From NCBI GenBank assembly GCA_029288775.1, contig JARIGQ010000006.1, forward strand, positions 64,120 to 128,119: a DNA stretch of 64,000 bases. The letters run 5' to 3'. The DNA comes from Candidatus Nomurabacteria bacterium (GTDB lineage Bacteria > Patescibacteriota > Minisyncoccia > Phycocordibacterales > UBA5272). Below the pieces are notes generated by a model. It was not told where the DNA came from. It saw only the letters and a list, made by a program, of their open reading frames with translations, and did not search any database. Numbering within the stretch: the first letter of the stretch is position 1; each line of letters begins with the position of its first letter. Positions 1 to 9,980 of the stretch are shown here, one piece after another. A program made the position numbers and the translations under genes.

Positions 1-21
1 ACCAGGTATACTGGCCTTTAT

Positions 22-789
22 ATGAAAATGCTCACGAAACATGCAAGTAAAGTCCCTGCGGTGACACTTGGATTTTGGATTATTAAAATTTTATGTACCA
101 CCCTTGGTGAAACAGGGGGAGATGCAGTTACGATGACATGGAATTTCGGGTATCTTCTTGGAAGTGTCTTTTTCTTGATGATGCTTATTGTTTTGGTTGT
201 CTTTCAGACCAAGGCAGAAAAGTATCACCCTTGGCTTTACTGGGCAACCATTATTGCATCTACGACCGCAGGCACAACCATGGCAGATTTTTTTGATAGA
301 TCTTTAGGTATTGGTTATACCGGAGGCTCTCTTATTCTTGTGTCTTGTGTGCTTGTCACACTTTTAGTATGGAAATGGGCTGCGGGAACGATCTCCGTCG
401 ATACGGTAACTACACCGAAGGTAGAAATCTTCTATTGGATTGCAATTACCTTTTCTCAGACCCTTGGTACAGCTCTTGGAGATTGGATGGCTGATACAAA
501 TGATTTTGGTTATTTGAAAGCAGCATTAGTATTTGGTGCTGCACTCCTTGTACTTGTTGCTTTATATTATTGGACATCTATTTCTCACGTGTGGCTATTT
601 TGGACGGCGTTTATCCTTACTCGGCCACTTGGAGCCACTATAGGTGATTTTTTGGATAAGCCGATTGCTCACGGCGGCTTAAATATCAGTCGACCTATGG
701 CCTCCCTTGTACTTATGGTTGCAGTGGGGCTGCTTATAGCCACTCTACCTCAAAAGGCAACTCAAGCGAGGGTTGGCTACGCAAGTTAA
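22..789 (+). CDS. Membrane protein, COG4705/DUF347-repeat type
   Basis: Multi-TM ORF with repeated TLGET/TLGT..GD and FW..FILTRPLGA motifs typical of DUF347 repeats. Confidence 0.8.
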   Translation: MKMLTKHASKVPAVTLGFWIIKILCTTLGETGGDAVTMTWNFGYLLGSVFFLMMLIVLVVFQTKAEKYHPWLYWATIIASTTAGTTMADFFDRSLGIGYTGGSLILVSCVLVTLLVWKWAAGTISVDTVTTPKVEIFYWIAITFSQTLGTALGDWMADTNDFGYLKAALVFGAALLVLVALYYWTSISHVWLFWTAFILTRPLGATIGDFLDKPIAHGGLNISRPMASLVLMVAVGLLIATLPQKATQARVGYAS

Positions 790-840
790 AGATACCTCGA
801 AGCTTTTTGAGGTCAAGGTAGCCTTGCTACACTACCTAGT

Positions 841-1503
841 ATGGTACTTTCTCCGTCCGATACTGTATTCGTTGCAACTAAGCACAAAAAAGAACAGATC
901 GTTAAACCGCTTTTTGAGCGGGAATTTGGCTGTCATGTTGATGTACTGGAAATAGATACCGATGCATATGGAACATTTACTGGAGAAAAGAAACGAAGAG
1001 GTGCACAGATGGACATTGCCAAAAAGAAAGCGTTTGATGCAGCACGACGATTTGGTAAGAGATTCGTGCTTGCAAGCGAAGGGTCCTTTTTTCCTGACCC
1101 AAACTCATTCGGATTTCTCATTCTTAATGTTGAAGTTGTAGTCCTTTATGATGCACATGCCGACTACTTTTATATAGGAGAGCATGTGACACATGATGTC
1201 TGTGCAAAGAAATCCGATATACGTTCTTTGAATGATTTTTATACTTTTATAAAAGATATGCCCCAGGACCAGCAATATATTCTTTCCTATCGCACTCTTT
1301 TCCTTCTAGGAAAAAAAGTTTTTATCAAGCATGCATTAGTTCAGCAAGTACCGGAAATACTTACATCATTGCTTTCTAGGCGTGGCGTTATGAATATTGT
1401 CATAGAAACAGATATGCGTGCCCATCGCAATGCGCTTAGGAAGCACGCCATTCAAAAGGCGACCGAAAAACTGATTGAACATCTCCGCACAGTTAGCGCA
1501 TAA
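841..1503 (+). CDS. DUF6671-like conserved protein
   Basis: Motifs ATKHKKE, DTDAYGTFTGE, ASEGSF and ETDMRAH.N..R. Confidence 0.7.
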   Translation: MVLSPSDTVFVATKHKKEQIVKPLFEREFGCHVDVLEIDTDAYGTFTGEKKRRGAQMDIAKKKAFDAARRFGKRFVLASEGSFFPDPNSFGFLILNVEVVVLYDAHADYFYIGEHVTHDVCAKKSDIRSLNDFYTFIKDMPQDQQYILSYRTLFLLGKKVFIKHALVQQVPEILTSLLSRRGVMNIVIETDMRAHRNALRKHAIQKATEKLIEHLRTVSA

Positions 1504-1523
1504 TTCTTTGTTATACTTTGTCT

Positions 1524-1871
1524 ATGAACCCGATGTGTCCAACGTGCCATCTCCCCATTCTTCCGGAATATTATTTCTGCCCAAATTGTGGCACTAATCT
1601 TCGTCCTGCTCCGTTACCGATGACCTTCGTTACCCTTTTTTCACTCTATGCGCATAGTCTTATTCTCCCGTTTCTTGCTTTCATTACGATTTCTAAGTGG
1701 AAGGGGAGTATGTATCTCAAATCTGCTGATTCACAGGCTAAACGTGTAGGAATGATAGCTCTTGTCCTTCTCATTCTCTCCACTGTGGGTATGGTTTGGA
1801 GTACGTACGCATTAAGTAAATCACTATCTGCATCTTTAAATGAAACGCTCTCAGGGAGCCTTGATGAATAG
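1524..1871 (+). CDS. Zinc-ribbon membrane protein
   Basis: CPTC..CPNCG followed by two hydrophobic segments; ATG at 1524 lies just after a TATACT box. Confidence 0.7.
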   Translation: MNPMCPTCHLPILPEYYFCPNCGTNLRPAPLPMTFVTLFSLYAHSLILPFLAFITISKWKGSMYLKSADSQAKRVGMIALVLLILSTVGMVWSTYALSKSLSASLNETLSGSLDE

Positions 1872-1945
1872 TGTCACACATGTTCACCTACGCTGTTATT
1901 TAAAATAGGTAGCCTTCAGCTCCCTATAACTTATTCTCTACCATT

Positions 1946-2419
1946 ATGTTCAAATCTTCTTTGTTTATAGGTACAACGGTTGGGTTTCTTGCGCTTGTAG
2001 GGGTCGCTTCCGCTCAGACTATTGGTGCTGATATGCATCTTTCCATGACCACTTCTTCTTACCCTGCAATGGCAACATCTACTCAGGCGAAAATTTCTTG
2101 TGTCGGAACTGCGGTTGCTGCACGAGAAGCTACTCTTCAGTCAGCAATGACTACACATTCTCAAGCGGTAAATGCGGCGTATGCAGCGCGCGCAACTGCT
2201 CTTAGTCATGCCTATGCTGCAACTTCTACAGCAGAAGTTAACGCAGAAGTGAAAACTTCTTGGTCTACTTTTTCTGCTAGCATCAAATCTGCCCAGAAGG
2301 GTTGGCGTACCGCAAAGCAAAACGCATGGAGCACTTTCCGTAGTGCTTCCCACGCCTGCAAGGCACCTGCTTCTATAAGTGATGAAGCAAAGGCTGGTCT
2401 TGAGGTGATTAGTCAATAG
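1946..2419 (+). CDS. Secreted Ala-rich helical hypothetical protein
   Basis: Signal peptide (VASA/Q), two Cys; terminator hairpin at about 2444-2466. Confidence 0.7.
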   Translation: MFKSSLFIGTTVGFLALVGVASAQTIGADMHLSMTTSSYPAMATSTQAKISCVGTAVAAREATLQSAMTTHSQAVNAAYAARATALSHAYAATSTAEVNAEVKTSWSTFSASIKSAQKGWRTAKQNAWSTFRSASHACKAPASISDEAKAGLEVISQ

Positions 2420-2480
2420 ACTTCTTCTCCAGAGAGAAAGTACAAAAGCGCCTCACGGCGCTTTTGTGTATACTTTGTAT

Positions 2481-2747
2481 ATGAACGAAACTACATGCCA
2501 TCATCTTACTCACATTCAGGATGTCACCCCAAAAACAAAAGGGTGTGAAGAATGTGAAAAAATAGGGGACACTTGGGTAGAACTTCGTTTATGTCTCAGC
2601 TGTGGCCATGTTGGCTGTTGTGATTCTTCTAAAAACAAGCATGCCACAAAACATTTCAAGGCAACCGGGCACCCAATTATGGAATCCTTTGGTGATAATC
2701 CTGGTAAACCGTGGAGATGGTGCTATATAGATGAACAACACGTATAA
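2481..2747 (+). CDS. UBP-type zinc finger protein
   Basis: GCEEC, LRLCLSCGHVGCCDSS..KHATKH, WRWCY.D. Confidence 0.9.
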   Translation: MNETTCHHLTHIQDVTPKTKGCEECEKIGDTWVELRLCLSCGHVGCCDSSKNKHATKHFKATGHPIMESFGDNPGKPWRWCYIDEQHV

Positions 2748-2753
2748 ATAGAA

Positions 2754-3254
2754 ATGAATATTTTTCTCATTGTCGTTAGTCTTTACTTTCTGTATGCTGC
2801 TTCTACACCGTATGAATTTCATTTCATAGATGGTGCAAATCTTCTTATTCACGAAGGAGGCCATGCTGTGACGCGTCTTTTTGGAGAATTTATATGTGTG
2901 CTCTCGGGATCAGGATTTCAGGTGCTTGTTCCTCTTTTATTCTGCGGATATTTTTACATGCAACGAGAAAAAGTTGCAGCATGGATATGTTTACTGTGGG
3001 CTGGAGAAAGTTTACACAATGTGAGTATTTATGCAGGTGATGCGCAGACCATGGTACTTCCACTTGTAGGTGGAGATGGTACTTTCCATGATTGGAATTA
3101 TCTTCTCACAGTGACAGGCCTACTTCCTTATACGGATGTTGTAGCGCTTACTTTGCGATGTAGTGCGTGGATAGTCATCCTCGCCGCATGTACGATGGTG
3201 TGTTTATCTGCTTTTGAGGCACCTCTACCAAAGCCGGTAGAGCGCCCTTTTTAA
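2754..3254 (+). CDS. Membrane protein, M50-like metalloprotease motif
   Basis: TM helices with IHEGGH and HDWNY. Confidence 0.65.
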   Translation: MNIFLIVVSLYFLYAASTPYEFHFIDGANLLIHEGGHAVTRLFGEFICVLSGSGFQVLVPLLFCGYFYMQREKVAAWICLLWAGESLHNVSIYAGDAQTMVLPLVGGDGTFHDWNYLLTVTGLLPYTDVVALTLRCSAWIVILAACTMVCLSAFEAPLPKPVERPF

Positions 3255-3892
3255 AGAAGTTTTTTCCAAGTCTTACCAATGCTCATTCCTATCGCAGCGC
3301 CAATAAGTGCCCCGGCTATGAACTCAGAAAACCAGTGAATAGAAAACGATACCCCAATACCTACGTACAGAGCTAAAAGAAAAACCATTATTTTTAACCA
3401 CATGCGCTTAGTGGTTGTAATTACGGCAAATGCCATCGAGAATGCAACAGCTGTATGCGAGGAAGGCCATCCCCAAAATATTCCATGCTGAAGAAAGCCA
3501 AAATGGAATCCGTGGCTTCCATCAACAAGCAGATTGTGGCGATCTGGTTGAACACGACCAGTGAATGCTTTATAGAAAGAAGAAATAGCCCAACCCAAAA
3601 AGGCTGATTGGAGTATCATCCATCCGTATTCTTCTTTCATTTTCTGTTTACGGGCGGCTTCTATTCCAATAATGATAAAGGGCATGAGTATGGGGAGAAT
3701 AAATCCGCCACTTACTGCAAGGTGAAAGATTGAGGCGTACGGAAACGTCTGCATAAAAACAAAGTATTTCCAGTCAAAATCACTCCTGACAATAACGTAG
3801 GTAAGCATACATGCAAGCACCTGGAGCATCAGCAACTTACCACTATAGAATGTACGCAGAATATGAGGAATAGTTTTTAAAAAGTGCCGCAT
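3251..3892 (-). CDS. PAP2-family phosphatase
   Basis: K...GR..P, PSSH and HW.SE..G motifs. Confidence 0.85.
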   Translation of the reverse strand: MRHFLKTIPHILRTFYSGKLLMLQVLACMLTYVIVRSDFDWKYFVFMQTFPYASIFHLAVSGGFILPILMPFIIIGIEAARKQKMKEEYGWMILQSAFLGWAISSFYKAFTGRVQPDRHNLLVDGSHGFHFGFLQHGIFWGWPSSHTAVAFSMAFAVITTTKRMWLKIMVFLLALYVGIGVSFSIHWFSEFIAGALIGAAIGMSIGKTWKKLL

Positions 3893-3933
3893 GGTAAGGA
3901 AAAGTGATAAGGTGTATAGTTACTAGACAGTAT

Positions 3934-4584
3934 ATGGAAAATCTTCTCAAGAAGCACGTTATCTTTTGGACGGACCGGAAGATTATTTTTCACCTCATCG
4001 TTTCCTTGGTTCTATTTGCTCTCAGCCTTTTATTTACCTATGTAGCAACCTACATGACTCGATCGTATGTTGGATATGTAGTACCCGATATATTACTGGA
4101 TAATCTTCCCGTTTTTAATGTCAGTATTATTTTCTTCCAAGCCGCCTTTTTATTTGTTCTTATCCTTGTCGGTATTTTATTGTATGAACCTGCTTTTATT
4201 CCTTTTACATTGGAAAGTACTGCGCTCTTCTTTCTTGTGCGGTCTATCTTTATGGTAATGACGCATCTGACGGCACCGAATGTTGAGTATTATAACTACG
4301 TCGAGCATGAACATCATACTAAGGAAGTTCTCTTTACTATTAGTTCAGGAAATGATCTTTTCTTTTCTGGTCACGCTGGGTATCCGTTTTTACTAGCTTT
4401 TATATTCTGGAGAATAAAAAAGCTTCGCTTATTTTTTCTTATATGTTCCATACTCGGGGGAACTACTGTTATTTTGGGGCACCTTCACTACTCCATTGAT
4501 GTCTTTTCCGCGTTTTTCATCGCATTTGGAGTACATGAGATAAGTAAAAAGTGGTTTAAGCATGAATATGCACTCATGAAGTAG
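3934..4584 (+). CDS. PAP2_C / sphingomyelin-synthase-like membrane protein
   Basis: DLFFSGH and HLHYSIDV catalytic motifs; six TM segments. Confidence 0.8.
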   Translation: MENLLKKHVIFWTDRKIIFHLIVSLVLFALSLLFTYVATYMTRSYVGYVVPDILLDNLPVFNVSIIFFQAAFLFVLILVGILLYEPAFIPFTLESTALFFLVRSIFMVMTHLTAPNVEYYNYVEHEHHTKEVLFTISSGNDLFFSGHAGYPFLLAFIFWRIKKLRLFFLICSILGGTTVILGHLHYSIDVFSAFFIAFGVHEISKKWFKHEYALMK

Positions 4585-4588
4585 TACT

Positions 4589-5167
4589 ATGAATATTGCT
4601 GCTCTTCTCCTCAAGTATAAATATGCCATTCTTATTCCACTTTCTATTCCTTTTGGTCCAGAAGTGAATCTCCCTGCTTCCTTTTTTGCTTCCTTGGGAT
4701 ACTTCAACGTATATGTGGTTTATATAATTGTTGTGATAGGGGATGTGATAGGGGATGGATTGTGGTACTGGGTGGCCCGTGTAGGTAGATCGCATTTTAT
4801 GACGAGTGTTGGTAGTCGATTAGGTCTTAGTGAGGAAAGAATTAAAACAGCCGAGAAGAATATCAATGCTCATTTTTATAAAACCATGTTTTTGGGAAAA
4901 CTTACTAATATTGTGATGCTCCCCATAATCGTGACCTGTGGATTACTTAGAGTGGATTATAGAAAATTTCTTTTAACTGCACTAGTACTAGATATTGTCA
5001 AAGATTGTATATTTACTTTTATTGGGTATTATTTTGGATCTTCATACAAGATTATTATTGCCCATGTTAATAACTTTTCTATTGTGGCTACTTTATTTGT
5101 GGCACTCTTTATTTTGTTACTAGTTGCAATACAAAACTTCAGGAAACGTTTTTCAAGTGTTATATGA
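4589..5167 (+). CDS. DedA/VTT family membrane protein
   Basis: GD..GD..WY.VAR motif and DedA-like TM pattern. Confidence 0.8.
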   Translation: MNIAALLLKYKYAILIPLSIPFGPEVNLPASFFASLGYFNVYVVYIIVVIGDVIGDGLWYWVARVGRSHFMTSVGSRLGLSEERIKTAEKNINAHFYKTMFLGKLTNIVMLPIIVTCGLLRVDYRKFLLTALVLDIVKDCIFTFIGYYFGSSYKIIIAHVNNFSIVATLFVALFILLLVAIQNFRKRFSSVI

Positions 5168-6264
5168 AAAAGATTGCATTTAATTGGGATTATTTTTATC
5201 CCGTTTATAAGGAAGGAGCGCTTGTTAAGAAAATTGAAAAAAGAATTCAAAGAATTTCATGTAGTAATAAGCGTGTACTTATTATTGTTCCCGCTCTTGT
5301 GGGTGATTTTGTAGCCACTGTTCCTGCTATTTTTGACTACATTGAAAGGAATTCAGAAGAGCATGTAGATCTTATTGTGACTCCTCTTCTTAAAAACCTT
5401 GCCGCAAAAATACGAGGCGTTCAGCATGTGTATGGGGCAAAATCTGTCGCTGAAAGAGAAGGAGAAAATTATGTACCAGATCTCCTTACGCCGGTAGCAT
5501 ATGAAAAAATCATTATTTTGCGCGCCAGTGCAAGTGTACTTAATTCAGTGGCGCCTCACTTGATGGCAGAAAAGGTAGTAACATTTAATTGGATGGTATT
5601 TACATACGGTGTGATTGAATTGTTTTTAAAAAATATTGTTCGCAAAAAGCCAAAGCAATGGAAAGATTTTTGTTTTGAGCTTTTAGGAGGAGTAAAAAGA
5701 AAAATTCCTTTTGAAAAAATGTTTACTATTTCTCATTCTGATTATGAATCCATACTAGCTTTAAATCTTCGCAAGGAAATTAAAAAGATAGTTATTCACA
5801 CTGGCGCAAGTTGGCATATGATGAGATGGGAGAATGATCGCTGGGTGGAGCTCTTAAAAAAGATTCATGAGTCAGGAGAGTATCACTTTATTTTTATAGG
5901 TTCACAAAAGGATATCGCAGACTATGAATATATTAGTTCTCGACTTCCCTTTGAGACAACTTCCTATATTTCTAAAGTTGATTTATGGATGCTTACACTT
6001 CTTTTTACTAAAATGGATTATTTTTTAGGTATCGATAGTGGACCAGGGAACATTGCTCATCTTGTGGGCTTGCGTAGCATTATCATCTATGGTCCGGGTC
6101 CTCATACCTTTATGTCGGATGACGAGCATGATGTTGTACTAGACAAATCTAGAGGAAGAGGATTATATCAACGCTTTTTTGTAAAAAAGAAAGGATTCAT
6201 TCACAAAATAACTTCAGACGAAGTTTTTGATTCTTTCAAAAATTGTAAACCAAAGAACATATAA
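5164..6264 (+). CDS. Glycosyltransferase family 9 (heptosyltransferase-like)
   Basis: VGDFV, HTGASW..RW and GIDSGPGNIA motifs. Confidence 0.85.
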   Translation: MKKIAFNWDYFYPVYKEGALVKKIEKRIQRISCSNKRVLIIVPALVGDFVATVPAIFDYIERNSEEHVDLIVTPLLKNLAAKIRGVQHVYGAKSVAEREGENYVPDLLTPVAYEKIIILRASASVLNSVAPHLMAEKVVTFNWMVFTYGVIELFLKNIVRKKPKQWKDFCFELLGGVKRKIPFEKMFTISHSDYESILALNLRKEIKKIVIHTGASWHMMRWENDRWVELLKKIHESGEYHFIFIGSQKDIADYEYISSRLPFETTSYISKVDLWMLTLLFTKMDYFLGIDSGPGNIAHLVGLRSIIIYGPGPHTFMSDDEHDVVLDKSRGRGLYQRFFVKKKGFIHKITSDEVFDSFKNCKPKNI

Positions 6265-6312
6265 AAAAGATACATTATCTTCAACTCCTCTTATTATCCA
6301 AGTAAGAAAAAA

Positions 6313-6624
6313 TTAGAGATGTTTTTCTCCAAAGGTTCTCATATCTTCTATAAGCCGCTGTAGTTTTTTGCCTTCTTTTGTTAATGCATATTCCACACGG
6401 GGAGGCTTTTCTTTGAATTCTTCTCGCGTAATAAGATGGTGTTCTTCTAAAACTTTAAGCTTATTTGCAATAGTGCGTGAAGAAATAGGGGAAAGGGAGG
6501 CGGTAAGTTCGCCGAATCGTTGAGTACCCGTAAGTAAGTCCCGCACAATAAGCAGGGTACAAGGATCGCCTAAAAGTTCCGCAACGCGGGCAATGGGACA
6601 TATATCGGTATCGTGCTTCTGCAT
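6313..6624 (-). CDS. HxlR-family winged-helix regulator
   Basis: CPIA..AELLG, RFGEL and PPRVEYALT..G; divergent from a reductase gene. Confidence 0.9.
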   Translation of the reverse strand: MQKHDTDICPIARVAELLGDPCTLLIVRDLLTGTQRFGELTASLSPISSRTIANKLKVLEEHHLITREEFKEKPPRVEYALTKEGKKLQRLIEDMRTFGEKHL

Positions 6625-6702
6625 GTGCACAGTATATAACACTTTACAAAGTAAAGTAACTAATTTACACTGAACCTATTACTTACTTTAATTTTGGAAA
6701 CT

Positions 6703-7233
6703 ATGAAAACTTTTATTGCATTTTCGGGAAGTTTGCGAAAAGACTCGTTCAACACCAACCTTTTAAAAGCTGCTCAGGAGCTTGCTCCCGAAGGAGTAAC
6801 GATTGAAATGGTAGATATTTCTACCTTTCCACTTTATAACCAGGATGAGGAAGGAACATATCCTGCTCAGGTGCAAGCGGTAAAAGATAAAGTGCTTGCC
6901 GCGGATGGAATTATTTTTGCAACTCCTGAATACAATCGCTCTATTCCGGGTGTGCTTAAAAATGCCATTGACTGGATTTCACGCCCATATGGCACGAATC
7001 CGTTTGCAGGGAAACCAACGCTGATTATGAGTGCTTCCGGGGGGCCGCTTTCGGGCGCGCTTGGTAACTATCATCTTAAGCAAGTGATGCTTTATTTGGA
7101 TGCGCACATTCTTGGCCAACCGGAGTTTTTCCTAGGCGGAGCCGGAAGCAAATTCGGTTCAGATGGGAAACTTACCGATGAAGATACCAAGGCTCATATC
7201 ACAAAGGCTCTGCAAGCTCTTATCAATCGATAA
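6703..7233 (+). CDS. NADPH-dependent FMN reductase (ChrR-like)
   Basis: GSLRKDSFN and TPEYNRSIPGVLKNAIDW. Confidence 0.9.
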   Translation: MKTFIAFSGSLRKDSFNTNLLKAAQELAPEGVTIEMVDISTFPLYNQDEEGTYPAQVQAVKDKVLAADGIIFATPEYNRSIPGVLKNAIDWISRPYGTNPFAGKPTLIMSASGGPLSGALGNYHLKQVMLYLDAHILGQPEFFLGGAGSKFGSDGKLTDEDTKAHITKALQALINR

Positions 7234-7295
7234 GCCGACACAAAGCTAAAAAGCAGTCCAAGTGGGCTGCTTTTTGCAATGGTATACTCGATTGC

Positions 7296-7745
7296 ATGTA
7301 CGAGAACCCTATCTGTTTTTATGAGCATGAATATTATGTCTTTTCAAATTTCTCATCTTTTATGCTTTCGTGGAAAGGGAAAGACTATATGACCTCTGAA
7401 CACGTATACCACTCAGAGCGATTCAATGAAGAGGAAAGAAAGGAAGCTATACGTTCTAGGCGATCAGCCCACGATGCATATACCTATGCTCAGGAACATA
7501 AACCTCTTCAGCGATCTGATTGGAATGAGATTAAGGTATCTGTCATGAAAGAGATTCTCCGCGAAAAGGTGAAACAGCATCCGTATGTGCTTAAGAAACT
7601 TTTGGAGTCTGTAGATCGGCCTTTGGTGGAAGATTCCTGGCGTGATGATTTTTGGGGTTGGGGACCCAATAAAGATGGTGTCAACATGCTTGGAAAACTG
7701 TGGATGGAAGTTCGTGATGAAATACGCGCCGAGGAGCACTTGTAA
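7296..7745 (+). CDS. NADAR (YbiA-like) family protein
   Basis: FSNF, SEH.Y, K..QHP, D.FWG and N.LG.LWMEVR motifs. Confidence 0.9.
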   Translation: MYENPICFYEHEYYVFSNFSSFMLSWKGKDYMTSEHVYHSERFNEEERKEAIRSRRSAHDAYTYAQEHKPLQRSDWNEIKVSVMKEILREKVKQHPYVLKKLLESVDRPLVEDSWRDDFWGWGPNKDGVNMLGKLWMEVRDEIRAEEHL

Positions 7746-7750
7746 GCAGT

Positions 7751-8143
7751 ATGAAAGATTCTTCGCTTCCTCAAATACATATCGATAAATATCCAAAACT
7801 CGTAAAAGAGGGAGTGTTTATTTTAGATGATGAAGTCTGGAGTACTCAGAAGCGCATCGCCCGCATTTACGGCCGCAGTATTCCGACCATCAATGATCAC
7901 TTAAAAAAGATTTATAAAGAAAAAGAATTGATGCGAGGAAAAAGTGAGCGTGAGCTTATGATTACCCAAACAGAAGGTAAGAAAAAAGTATCACGAAAAG
8001 TGTTTGTATATAACACTGACGTTGTTATTGCTATCGGGTTTCGCGTGAAAGGAGAGTGGGGGAAGGAATTTCGTATCTGGGCACGAGAAATTGTTCGCGC
8101 AAGCTATGACCCTAAAGATCAGATCAAGCATTTGATGAAGTAA
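7751..8143 (+). CDS. RhuM-family N-terminal domain protein
   Basis: VW.TQ..IA..Y, TINDHLKKIY.E.EL, YN.DVVIAIGFRV and FR.WA. Confidence 0.8.
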   Translation: MKDSSLPQIHIDKYPKLVKEGVFILDDEVWSTQKRIARIYGRSIPTINDHLKKIYKEKELMRGKSERELMITQTEGKKKVSRKVFVYNTDVVIAIGFRVKGEWGKEFRIWAREIVRASYDPKDQIKHLMK

Positions 8144-8146
8144 GCT

Positions 8147-9718
8147 TTACAAAAAGGTGCGTATCGCGTGCTTAAGTAAAAATTCTTTCTGAATAGCAAT
8201 TTTCTTTCCAGGGTTAAAGATACCTGCTGGATCCCATGCCGCTTTAAGCTTCTTGAATACTTCTCGAGTTGCTTCATTGAACACAAATGGGAGAGCGGTG
8301 GTACGCTCTAAACCATCACCACCAACTGCACTTATTCCGCCTTTAAAGTGGGCAACAATACCACAGACCAACTCGCGAAATTCCTGCAAATCACGTTCAA
8401 AGGTTTGGCTTTTGCCATCAAAGGAGGCGGTAAGTGCTATGTGTCCGCTCCCGGCATATCCCGATAAGGTATACAGAAGTCCGGACTTAAGGAGTGCTTC
8501 ATCGAGTGCTTGTATGCAGGCGCTATAGCTATGAATGGGAACAATCAATCCTTCCGCTGAAGTAGCTATCATGTGAGCACCTTTGGTGTAGGTGGTAAAA
8601 AGGCTGTGAAGAAAAGTGTGTGAGGAGAGCTTATAGACATTTTTTTCTGGAATAGCGTATTCTTCGCACGGAAAAGGAAGTGCTTTAAGGAACATTTTAC
8701 CTTTTTTGGAAGCCTGTTCCGCATCAGTATCTTGGAATGTGGTCAAAAGATAGTAAGGGGTTTCGGGTATTTCTGGACGCAAAAGAAGCGGGTGGAATGT
8801 ATCCGTCATATGTCTGAAGGCATGGTCAAACATATACAACGCCTCTGCGTGATGATGCTTTGCGATGGTAACGGATGTTTCCAGGAGTGAATTTTCGGGG
8901 ATGGTAATAAGAAGGGTGTGGTTGTGTGGTTTTCGTGGCACTACGCGAAATGTAACGGAAGTAATGACAGCAAGAGTTCCTTCACTTCCTACTAATTGAT
9001 CTAAAAGCTGACGCGGCCCAATCGAAGTATTCCAGAGTGAATATCCGGTGGCGTCATCACTTTGTTCCCGTCGAGCCGCGCGAAGAGTTGGGCCGTGCTC
9101 AGAAAGGAGAGGGAATATCGATTGATAGATTCCCAAAAGGCGACCGCTGGGAGTGATGCCGTCTTTAATTGCATGTTCTTCACCTGAGTCGACAACTATT
9201 GTCATTCCTTCTATCCATTCACGAATGGTTCCTGCATAGAATGTACTTCGTGTAGCACTTTTGGTAGCCACAAGTCCTCCAACAGTTGCTCGACTGTCTT
9301 CGGGTTGAAGTACTGGTATTTCCAAATTCCATCCCGCAAGTTTTAATCGAAGCTCGTCGATGGTTACTCCCGCATCAACGGTAACCGTGTGATCCATCAT
9401 ATTAACGTGTCTAATATGAGAAAAATAGCGGGTCATGTCGAGAATAATTCCTTCGCCAAGCGCCCCACCGGATGCCGCAGTTATCCCGCCACACACAGTA
9501 AGGGGAATGCTATATTCTTTCGCAAAGGCGATGACATGCTTGATATCGCTTGTCGTCTTTGGGTAAATAACTGCCTGTGGACGAACTTGATATGGTGAAC
9601 CGTCTGTCGCATGCGCTTGAAGGGAGAGCTGTGAGCAATCTATGTCTCCAGAAATAATATTCGCAACATGCGAAAAAAGGGGCGGCACGCCAGAAAACAT
9701 ACTAGAGACCGTTCGCAT
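8147..9718 (-). CDS. FAD-binding oxidoreductase (GlcD/D-lactate dehydrogenase-like)
   Basis: TDGSPY..RP..VIYP, GSEGTLAVIT, C-terminal DP.GIFNPGK. Confidence 0.85.
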   Translation of the reverse strand: MRTVSSMFSGVPPLFSHVANIISGDIDCSQLSLQAHATDGSPYQVRPQAVIYPKTTSDIKHVIAFAKEYSIPLTVCGGITAASGGALGEGIILDMTRYFSHIRHVNMMDHTVTVDAGVTIDELRLKLAGWNLEIPVLQPEDSRATVGGLVATKSATRSTFYAGTIREWIEGMTIVVDSGEEHAIKDGITPSGRLLGIYQSIFPLLSEHGPTLRAARREQSDDATGYSLWNTSIGPRQLLDQLVGSEGTLAVITSVTFRVVPRKPHNHTLLITIPENSLLETSVTIAKHHHAEALYMFDHAFRHMTDTFHPLLLRPEIPETPYYLLTTFQDTDAEQASKKGKMFLKALPFPCEEYAIPEKNVYKLSSHTFLHSLFTTYTKGAHMIATSAEGLIVPIHSYSACIQALDEALLKSGLLYTLSGYAGSGHIALTASFDGKSQTFERDLQEFRELVCGIVAHFKGGISAVGGDGLERTTALPFVFNEATREVFKKLKAAWDPAGIFNPGKKIAIQKEFLLKHAIRTFL

Positions 9719-9860
9719 AAATACTTTGGCCGTTGTAATAGAGAAGGAAGAAAGCTATGCACAGGAAAAAAATAATACACAAAGCAAAGAAAAGCCGTCT
9801 GAAGGCGATATAAGATGGGGTTTCTGAAGGGGAGATGTCATTCATAGATTCATTCTTCAT
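9702..9860 (-). CDS. Small single-TM protein (52 aa, not in ORF track)
   Basis: Manual translation MKNESMNDISPSETPSYIAFRRLFFALCIIFFLCIAFFLLYYNGQSIYANGL; TATACT box upstream; stop overlaps the next gene. Confidence 0.55.
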   Translation of the reverse strand: MKNESMNDISPSETPSYIAFRRLFFALCIIFFLCIAFFLLYYNGQSIYANGL

Positions 9861-9980
9861 GTTCTTTTTAGTATAGCCTATAAAAGGTATCCTTTTTCTT
9901 TAAACCTGTCCACAGCAAATGCTTCAAAAGAAGAGCTATACTATGCGTATACAAGTAATCATAATTAATAACTACTACGC

